Positions 55,095 through 64,000 of a stretch of 64,000 nt of DNA are shown here, piece after piece. The DNA is taken from contig NW_026782644.1 of the NCBI RefSeq assembly GCF_031769215.1, positions 248,001-312,000 of the forward strand, given 5' to 3'. Position numbers and translations under genes: made by a program. The notes under the pieces are model-generated. The model saw only the letters and a program-made list of their open reading frames with translations, was not told the origin of the DNA and searched no databases. Source of the DNA: Ylistrum balloti (Eukaryota). Position 1 is the stretch's first letter, and every line of letters starts with the position of its first letter.

Positions 55095-55165
55095 GTAGCA
55101 CGCGGGCACGGGGAAAGCACGAGCCAAGCGTATCAAATAACGCCTGAGAACGGTTCCCACGTGCT
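55095..55165. promoter_or_regulatory. Hes/Hey plus CSL site cluster
   Basis: CACGCG 55099, CACGGG 55107, CACGAG 55118, and TTCCCACG (CSL) 55154 overlapping CACGTG 55158. Confidence 0.5.
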
Positions 55166-57819
55166 CTAGTCGGCCACAAACTGCTCCCAGATGGTTTAGT
55201 GTGCCGGGTAAATTATAGCTGACATTCACTCATGTTAATAATTCGAAAATGAGTTGTAATGGACAACCGTTTTTCTACATCAGTGGCTAAAACAAGGCAC
55301 TGCTTAGCGCCAGAATGCGGACCATTTCCCTTCTGTGATTCCGAAAACCTCAACATCCTTTTCTCCACTCCTTTAAGTTTGAAAACACCCTCCCCCTTCC
55401 CCCAGCCTGAAATAAAATAAATTCAATCGGGTTGACATCTCGACACTTCAGGATGCCATGATAGACCATACGGCTGTTTCTGTTGACAACAGGACTTGGA
55501 TAAAATCATGTCGTCTGCTTGTCTTCAAGATCTTTCAGTAAATAGGGCGAAAGAACAAAGTAGCAACTCCTGCACATAGAGAGCTTTTAGTGCATCTTGT
55601 TTTCACAAAATGAATAGTTTTGCATTCTTGTGAGTTTTTTTTTTTTTTTTTGTTAAATTAATTTCGAAAACTAATAAATAAAATTCGACAATTTCCATCA
55701 TCAACACTATTGCGCGAGAGCATGTAGCGGTACCCTCATTGCCTAGTTATGGCGGCTCCTTTCGGTACCTAATTACAGCTCGCACATGTAGCACTTTGGT
55801 TTTGTTTGAATTTTTAAATTGTGCGAAAGACTTTTAATATTTAATGAAAAAAGTGAGTAAACTGGTTGGGAAGTTTGTAAGGCATCGTTCCCATAATCAC
55901 ACCGGTGGGTATCACACTTCACGTGTGACCAGGGCTCTTTAAAGGGGCACGTTCGTCACCGAATCTGGCTTAAAGTGACAGATTCGTCCGAACATATCTT
56001 AATCAATTTCTCTTAAAGTGATACTTTTTTTTCTGAACACTATGCCATAACTTAATTTTCATGGGGAAATCCGTCAATTGTAACCTCGTTTAAAGAGATA
56101 CATTCCTGCCACCTGTTTCGAATACTCCAAGGTGATTCCGACCAAGTTCACTGTTGACATCAGATGTTAGACCTGAAACCTCTGCGTCTTTACTACGTGA
56201 TTCTAACACTGATTGTTTGTTGCCTTGGAAATCAAAATTATACATCCAGGACGTAGGTTGAACTAAATGACCACAGATACTCTCGGAACGCCATGACCAA
56301 ACACTTCGATTGTCACCAGAGCAATATTTCAGAAAGCCGAATCTGCGATAATAATCTTTAAAGTTTTCGTTCTTAGACAAGTACAGCTGTATTACCAATA
56401 TCAAGTTTCATTTGTACTTTGAAGACTAATACAATTCAAGCCGAAGAACGAATAGCAAGCAGACAAGTTTCAGTATTAGTGGCCACCCTGTTTGTTGCTT
56501 ACGACTATCTGCATCTGTAATGTGAATAATTTAAATTTAGGACCAGTCTCTAAGCCTACACCTGTACTCTAATACCAATGGTCTGGTTTGGGGAGTTGGG
56601 AGGGGGTTATTAGAATGTTTTACGCAATTTGTAGCCACTTACTTATTCATACGGCGTGAAAAGTGAAACTATTATGCAATAATTCTGTCTTAGAAGAAAC
56701 AAAAACCATCCTAAATTCATATTTTTTTGCAGTTATTAAGTAAAATTACGTTTTCATCTTAGGTTTAATGACTGTAGAGATTGAACGGAGATTCCGCGAG
56801 ATAGGTTTATCTCCGACTCCGCTGTTTGTGGATCTGTGGTCCCGGGGGGAGAGGGTCTTCTCGTCAGTTTTCGGTAGTACAGCATCATCACACTTTGTGT
56901 GGGGTGATCAGATAAACTGGCTCGGGCTTATCGGTAGACGTATAAATACTTTATGGCGTACGTATGGAAAATTCTTTGCAATATCCCATGATAACGTGTT
57001 TGAAATTTCTGGCATCAGTTCCAAAGTTTTGCTAATGTTTGAAACTAGAATAGCTTTCATTTTCGATATGATGAAAATTATCCCCGTGGCTTTATGAATG
57101 AAATTAAACCGGAAAAAAATTTAACTGTTTGATAACACTTCTTTATCAGGAAAGTGCATCTGTAAGCTCGCGACTTTTGACATTAAAAAAACACTTTGGT
57201 GCACTTTTAAGCACATCCGGAAGCGGAAGTAGCCAAAAGGACCTCACAGTACATCGGTTTTTCAATGATGTTGTATATTTCATTATTTCGCTTTTGCTGA
57301 TATTAGGCTATTGATATGATAAAAACAAACTTTGATCCAACATTAGAATCAATCTGTCTGTTTTAGACAAACGCAAAAAAAATGAATTTATTACTTAAAA
57401 GAGAACCATTTTAAATATATATTTATTGTATAGGAATTGGGTATTTAAAACACTAATGATGAACTTTAACTCGACTGCTTTGGTGATCTTTCTCTTAGTA
57501 GTGGTGGTTTCAATATACGTTAATACTTTGTTATAAAACGTGTTAGGAAAATTGTTAGCCGTCGTTCTTTCTCAACAAAAATTTAGCATTAATAAATGTT
57601 AGGTCTGTGATACGGGATTGGTGTACAGTCTCAGTGTGGTCAAAGGGTAAATGGGTTCTTCATAAATGAGTCGAATTTTTAATTTGACAGACCGTACTAA
57701 TCACATGGCGACAGAAACGGAAGTTGACCTATTCAAATATATGCCATCTGGGTTTTGTCAGACAGTATATGTATATATACAACGCTACAGCGATATCTTA
57801 CTTTTTACATACACACACG

Positions 57820-58175
57820 TCTGTGCGCGTGCCATGTTAGAAGATTGACGAATCACAGACGAGTATCGTTGTCGAGCCTGCGTAGTGTGACCGGAAGTTG
57901 AGGACACAAATCACACAACGATCAGGTTTATTGTAATCGATGTGTTTAAGTTTCTCATAAAAACGTTGAAGAGTATCAGTCCCAATGGCATGAACTGTGC
58001 TTTAAAATGTAACACTGACCCCTTTTATATCGGGGTCATAGTCGGCCCCTAAAATTCAAAGGAGCAGCTGGCGAAGGCCTGGCCGCATGTCCGGGGGTCG
58101 CGAAGAGCCCTTTGTTAAATACCGGTTAGGCACCATCGTCTTCTGTAATGCAAATATTCCCCACACCTGTTACAC
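57820..58175. promoter_or_regulatory. Distal CpG-rich cis-regulatory module upstream of Delta
   Basis: Hes class C site GCGCGTGCCA 57825; ETS CCGGAAGT 57891; GCAGCTG 58064; octamer ATGCAAAT 58148; CACCTGT 58164. Confidence 0.5.
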
Positions 58176-61100
58176 CGCCGAAGTGTGTTGGGTACCGGAC
58201 AAAGCTCGACCCTACCTGCCTATTTAGTCCCTTCCACCTTAAAAGAGAGAAAGAGGAGGGTGGTTGATACAGTTGGTGGATCATTGTCTTTATTGTTAAA
58301 TATGTTTGGGTACCCTATCTTATTCAGATATACTTCTTCACCTGATGAGAGCAGTAAATGTCATTGCTATAAGTCCTGTCACTATGATCTCGCAGAATTT
58401 TTTATCAGAGTACCATCTATCGTGCTGAAGTGTAGACAATTATCTTTATACTTATCCCTCTTTAACAAGATCTGTATAAAAATAATGATCATGATATTCA
58501 CTTCTCAGTCAGTGTTGTGTTAACTTTTTTGTTACTCAGATTCGGTTCGATTAAAACTTCCTGCGTCAAGATAATAAAATTTCAAGCGTCTGTCGGCATA
58601 TAATACTATTTTTTATAATTTTGTGGTGTTCCATTTAAATCTTAATCTAAGCGACATTCTTGTCTATAGGATAAACAGCTTAATTAAGGTAATGATATTT
58701 ATTTACATACAAAAACGTATTCAAGCGTAACGGAATTAATTACAAATTTTGTGTATTTCTACTGTCGGTATTACAAAGTCCACGGCCCGCATTTCATTTC
58801 TCCAGCTAACAACAACAGGTAAAGGTTTTAACACCTGAGTTTCCAAATTACCTTCACCCCAAACAATAAGAACACCTGTTGTGCCGGAGCGATGACGCGG
58901 TGTATTCAAACAGAATTTCAGCACATGTATATATCATATATTCACTGCTAGAGTTTAAGACAAAGAGGTGCAGTGTCACACCATCTGTTCTGTGATTGTA
59001 CTGTAGCGTTTGTTTATTTTATCTGTTACGGGGCCCGGGTGTTTTGAGTACCTGTAACGGGAACGAGCCACGGCTAGTACCGTTACTGAGGCAGATGGCT
59101 ACACATATAGCAGGTGACAACGCTTTGAAAAAAAAAAATACAGCAAAAATATCCTGGATCGAAACAAAGAGTATTCGCGCCAAACGGTCCTGGATTATCG
59201 TGGCTCATCACCAACGCATTCCGGCACAGAAGCCGGCCTAAGCATTGTGAGACAATTACAATAGCACACAAAAGAATATGCTAATTAGTACTCAATTGAC
59301 ATGCGCAGGTTGTCAGCGTAATAACTTGCCGTACGGCTTTAGGAGGGGATAGAGTGTGGGAAATATCTCTCTGCTCCCCCTCATTAGAATTACCTCACAT
59401 TATTATGTAAATAAACAAAATGGTGGAACATCTTTTCCATCCCTTCCGTCGGTCCAACATGGATTACAATATCAGTTGTAATGTTTGTTGTTGACATTAT
59501 TTTATCGGTAGTGTTATTCCGGATAACCTTATAGTAAGTGATACTCCAGGGACAGATACGATTCACAAATAATCACCTGTTCCGGTATTATAATTGCCCC
59601 AGTGGTGTGGAATATTTATTACTTCACAAATCATCTGGTGCGAATCATTCTGATGTGGTATCATTGATTTTGTGTTATCGATCTATTGTCAACATCATCA
59701 ATCACCCGACGTTATCGGTTTTGTAAACAACACATGTGACATAATATATCCATATCAAAATTTTAAATATAGACTTACAAGAGCGATTTAAATAATTGTA
59801 GTTCATAAAGGTTCAGGTTAATCTAAAAACACGTTAAAACCAGCTCGTAATATATATTACAATCCCTTCGGAACTAGAACATGTTATCGATATTCAAACA
59901 CACGTGTCCACAGGGAACATTTTAACAGAAATTATACAAACAGTTTGGACAATATAATTAGTCAGTTAAATCTCATGTGTCCCATGACTGTGTAATAGAG
60001 TTGGATTTACGTTTAAAAAAGAATCTTATTACCACCAGTGTGTGGTGATAAACGGTTAAAAATCGTATATATGTCACGTGCATCAAATTGCCTTATTAAT
60101 TAATTATATTCGATTTCCTTTGTGATATAAGATATATCTTGACATCATTTGTAATTAAACATACTTTGCCACTTATGACTTTTTAAGTCAATCAAGCGCA
60201 ATATTGTTTATACGGGGCTATGTTTGAACCCGTACAGTTCCCTAGTTAGTTGGCAATTGAGTGTTAATTAGGTTATCAATAACTACTTGAACAGTTAATT
60301 CATTAATAAGCGGGCTCTTTAAATGTGAAGTAACGTGTTTTTTTGTTAACGCACAAGCACCGTCGGGCGACTCAATGACGTCACTCGTGTCCCGGGGTAG
60401 GGGGTGACACATTGAGATGGTCCTTTACAGTAAGATAACGCCATGGCCCCTTTGAGTCGCTGATTAGCCCTTTTCTGTGTTCCCACGGGGTGAGCACTGT
60501 TTTTTTCTACACACAGGTAGGTGTGATCTACCTGGCGCCTTAGCCCCTTGATTAGAGAACTTGGGCACCCGCTGCGCGGTCGTCAATACGCTTATCAATT
60601 AACACCCGTGCCCTGCTTTGTGTGGACACGGGAGATCGTTGATTTAATTAGCCTGGACAATAGGTAGATCAACAGGTGAAAGTTACCTACCTGAGCACCT
60701 TACAATGGGGCCCAATTATCACCACGAATACGGCGACCCCTCAAAAGTGTCAGACCGATCGTTTACAAACGTCCGAAATCGCGGGTCTGACGCTGGAAAA
60801 CATCATCGTTTTGTGGAGTAAATTACCGGTATCAATATGCTGATTGCCTTTCAAGGGCACTAAATCAATGCAGAAAGTCCATAGTCAGAATGAAGTTTCA
60901 GAACGGCTATACCAGGGGCACTTATCTTTAAAAGGATTAAAAAAAAAACTATATGAGTTTGAAACCGTTCTGTTTGATAATAGGAGAAAACCTGTATTAA
61001 TATATATTTAGTGGTTTATATAGAAAGTTGGATAACGGTACTTTCCCTATTTATAAATGTATGGATTTTTAATTTTTCTTGTCCTTAAAGAGTGTGTATA

Positions 61101-61369
61101 TTTAAAGCAAATGGAAATGAATTTTGAATTTAAATAAAACGACACCGATTTTATGTAAAGTTGGTACAGAACATGGTCTTACCTGTGTATTTTTTACCTG
61201 TAAAGGTGTGTCTCGATACAGTGCGTGCTGTCTATCCATACAGCCTGCATATGAAGGAGCGACCTCATGTTTGTCAACTTTTAATTGCAAGAGGAAAATA
61301 TATTTAAATAAAAAAACGTGACGTGTTGTGTAAGGGTAGTATGTGATTCATATAAATGGGTTTCGATTC

Positions 61370-61930
61370 GCTGACGCTACAGGTGCGAGGCAGAATGACA
61401 AGTGTGTAATTCAATATATGGACGGCACTCATCATAAAGATATCTCCGGCAATAGTAAATAACCTGTTGGTTGCAGTTTTCACCTATATGCAAATTACCT
61501 TCAGCTGGCGCGCTCAACGAGATGATACACTCGAGTGCTTCAAGGTTGCCTGGCACACTTTGGCTCGTGCCGGTCCTCTGTCACCCGCTGCTGATTGGCG
61601 GAGCAAGAATCTTGGCTCCGCCTCTGTCGCGCGGCGAGGTGGGGTGATTGACGAGGCGCACTCGAGCGAGACGTCCGCAACACAACGTACGTTTGTAACT
61701 GCATCTTCTATGTAATGGAATGTCGAATATACTATCACAGTGCAATGCACCGTCTTATCGCTAAATCGTACCAACATGGTACCACGTGTTAGATTGTACT
61801 TAACACGAGTAGTCTCTCTTACTGTTGTACTAATCACAAGAAAATTACCAGTAGAATAAAGACTATCAAGCATCACATACACACACGGAGAAAACACCTG
61901 TATTGTAATTAACAGGTGGATTCCTAATTA
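61370..61930. promoter_or_regulatory. GC/CpG-rich cis-regulatory module upstream of Delta
   Basis: ACAGGTG 61379; octamer ATGCAAAT 61488; CAGCTG 61502; N-box GGCTCGTGCC ~61562; CCAAT box (CTGATTGG 61591); CACGTG ~61783; inverted E-box pair 61895/61912. Confidence 0.55.
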
Positions 61931-62279
61931 CAAACCACGGTAATGCCATTAATAGGGATTACAAATATGTTAATTCATGACAGTTATGTTTAGCATGGAG
62001 ATCTGTCAATCTTCTCTAATTACCACATGCAGGTTATGACCAAGATTTCAACATCTTTCTTATATTTCAACTATTAATTCACTTGCTGTCGTTTAATGGA
62101 CATTTGATAAGAAATGAAAATTAATATTCTTGATTAATTAAGTATACCTATCATTAGTAGTTGTGCAAGTCATATTTTGTTCATTTAAGATCGTAGTTTC
62201 GAGTTCATCAAAATGCTGAACTTGTTTTTTCACTAATGATTGAAGTTTAAAATAAATGTCCAGATGTTGACTATAAAGT

Positions 62280-62610
62280 GCCCAACAGGTGCTTGAACAT
62301 CTTATCCATCAAGCCGGAATCATGAACCGTGTCTTCCCGCCAAAATTTGTCGTAGCTTTTCTTTACCTATGTATATCAGACAGGCATTTATCCTCAAAGA
62401 TGATGTATTTTATCTCGAGTCAAATCGTCGAATAATAAAACTGTTGCTTCTAACAGCGCGTGCCGCTCTCCTTATTTGGAAGGTAATTTGCATTGGCAAA
62501 GGCAGGTCAGAGCGACAGGTGTTTTAGTAGGGACAGCTGAAGACATAGAACAAGTTAGCTACCTCGACACAAACACAAAAGGCGCGGAGCGGCGAAGCAC
62601 GTGCCGACAT
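62280..62610. promoter_or_regulatory. Proximal Delta cis-regulatory module (E-boxes, octamer, Hes sites, E2F)
   Basis: ACAGGTG 62285; E2F TTCCCGCCAAA 62334; class C site GCGCGTGCC 62456; octamer ATTTGCAT 62486; ACAGGTG 62515; ACAGCTG 62533; class B site GCACGTGCC 62597. Confidence 0.6.
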
Positions 62611-63339
62611 AGCGAGCCGGTCTCGGAAACAACTTGTGGATATTTATGTTTTAAAAAATGTCGAAAATTGTAGGATTAAACTTGGGATTTATTTCTAATC
62701 GATCAGGTAGGTGATTGTTTCGGCAGGACAACGGAAGGAATTAATCTGCTCTGTAAACCCCCAAATATACAGCGGGTATCCTCAGCCGTTTGTGTGTAAG
62801 ATACCTCACCGACAGATGTGTGCCCTATTTTTTCCGGTTTGAAAAAGGAGCACGAACTTGACAATGATTTACCTGGGTTATTTACCTGATAAACCTTCTA
62901 GCATAACGCTTGGAAGCCTGGAGTTGTGTGCTTACCTTTATCCGTATTGTCAATATACAATTTATACAATACACGTGTTTATTTTATAGACGATACATTT
63001 TGTTGGTATCTGTTTGCTACCTGTAGGATACTTTCGTGCCTGTTGCACGTTCGTACTAAGTGTGTAAAACCCGACTCGACGGATAAAAACGTGCTTACAG
63101 AACATACATAAAGAAGATATTATGACAGACATATTTTCAAACACATTGATTAAATTATATGGTAAAGTAATTTCACAGAAATGCATTTGTATGTATATTC
63201 GAGAAATATTAAAAGTCGATAGTATACAGGTAGACTTAGGGTGTCCCGCTTGTGTATAACCAGTCAATTGTTTAAGACTCCATAACTATACCAAGTGTTT
63301 AAATGCTTCAATTCAAACCTCCAGAGTCAATTCGTTTAT

Positions 63340-63461
63340 CACCGGCGATCACTCACTATTGTAGATAACTGTCAATCAACGGTGGGCGGAGCCTAGCCAG
63401 AACGAGGCCTAAGCCAGCTACCTACAATAATTTGTGCCGAGTACACGGAGTAAACAACAGG
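63340..63461 (+). promoter_or_regulatory. Putative Delta core promoter / 5' UTR
   Basis: CpG-containing stretch immediately upstream of the ATG with a GC box (GGGCGGAGC, 63384-63392). No clear TATA box. TSS not determinable from sequence. Confidence 0.4.
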
Positions 63462-63521
63462 ATGAGGGGGACGAGTACACACTTGGTTGTGCTCTGGATT
63501 TTAACATTACAGCTATCCATG
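63462..63521 (+). CDS. Delta: Delta-family Notch ligand, coding exon 1 (signal peptide MRGTSTHLVVLWILTLQLSM)
   Basis: ATG at 63462 opens 20 codons with a hydrophobic core. The exon ends at a canonical ATG|gtaagt donor (63522) in phase 0 and joins in frame to the MNNL exon after a 221-nt intron. Confidence 0.88.
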
Positions 63522-63742
63522 GTAAGTCACTTACATACATTTGTAAAACAATATATTTATCTACTCGTCTATTGACTGTACATTATTGATTTGTTATTAT
63601 CTTTGTAAGCGGCGATCTTCATACCGTACTTGTATCACTAAAACTGTACATACATACATGAGCATGTTCCCACTTTGGTTAATTTACTATACTCTAATTT
63701 CTTTACACAAGTTACTTATCTTAATTTACATTCCATTTACAG

Positions 63743-64000
63743 GTAACTTGTACAGCAGTGTTCGAACTTAAATTATCATTGTTTAAAAACGAGGAGGGAG
63801 TAAATACAGACGGTAACTGTTGCAATGGATTTCGGACCGATGGGAAGTGCAGTGATACGTGCCGGACGTTTTTTTGGATCTGTCTAACACACTATCAAAA
63901 GAAGATACCAGATGATGCCTCGTGTACATTCGCCACGGTCACAACACCAATTTTGGGATCTAATACAGTGAATTTTAGTGCACAGCTTCCTGTGAAGTTT
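63743..64000 (+). CDS. Delta: Delta-family Notch ligand, coding exon 2 (N-terminal MNNL/C2 domain), truncated by window end
   Basis: Acceptor ccatttacag|GTA. Translation: VTCTAVFELKLSLFKNEEGVNTDGNCCNGFRTDGKCSDTCRTFFWICLTHYQKKIPDDASCTFATVTTPILGSNTVNFSAQLPVKF. It matches the DSL-ligand pattern FELxL..F.N..G....G.CC...C...C.T.F..CL.HYQ......CT.....TP.LG.N. HYQ and ELKL favour Delta over Serrate/Jagged (EYQ, ELEI). Missed by the ORF track because it has no ATG. Confidence 0.95.

Noticed and set aside
4543-55631. Poly(T) tracts (~4545, ~32400, ~55616) as retroposon tails
   Set aside because: No target-site duplication, Pol III boxes or RT remnant found next to them.
55865-55895. Su(H) paired site (GTTGGGAA-15 nt-TTCCCATA)
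   Set aside because: The spacing fits but one half has two mismatches and the other has one. Too weak to report.
51711-57097. Tracked ORFs 51711-51995, 54405-54647, 56090-56404 and 56768-57097 as small genes
   Set aside because: No recognisable domain, no convincing exon chain, and lengths compatible with chance in slightly GC-richer DNA.
61598-61621. Hairpin GCGGAGCAAGA-A-TCTTGGCTCCGC as a small RNA gene
   Set aside because: Only 24 nt, far too short for a pre-miRNA. I recognised no known miRNA or tRNA sequence here or elsewhere in the window.
60514-63235. CAGGTAG words as Zelda/TAGteam sites
   Set aside because: Zelda is an arthropod factor, and the word also occurs repeatedly in the left 50 kb. 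Treated only as a generic CAGGTA motif.
63743-64000. Serrate/Jagged identity
   Set aside because: It has HYQ and ELKL..F.N rather than the Jagged-type EYQ and ELEI..(M/L)QN. Downstream exons (EGF count, VWC domain) are outside the window, so this is not fully excluded.

Overview
AT-rich animal genomic DNA, most likely from a bivalve mollusc (inferred from a HINE/Helentron-type element and the repeat repertoire). The only protein-coding gene I can identify is at the right edge: the first two coding exons of a Notch ligand of the Delta family on the + strand (signal-peptide exon 63462-63521; MNNL/C2-domain exon from 63743, running off the window). The window splits in two at about 50.0-50.2 kb. 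The left ~50 kb is strongly CpG-depleted. It carries about ten CpG-free minisatellite arrays, one non-autonomous Helentron-like element, several small CpG-rich promoter- or enhancer-like patches (RFX X-boxes, YY1, CCAAT) and unassignable candidate exons. The right ~13.5 kb upstream of Delta is CpG-rich and has no tandem arrays. It is dense in proneural-type E-boxes (CAGSTG), Hes/Hey sites, CSL/Su(H) sites and three perfect POU octamers, each close to an E-box, which suggests a lateral-inhibition cis-regulatory landscape. Almost all ORFs in the supplied track are chance ORFs or artefacts of repeat periodicity. I recognised no tRNA, rRNA, CRISPR array or autonomous transposon ORF. All counts are by hand and all motif functions are inferred.
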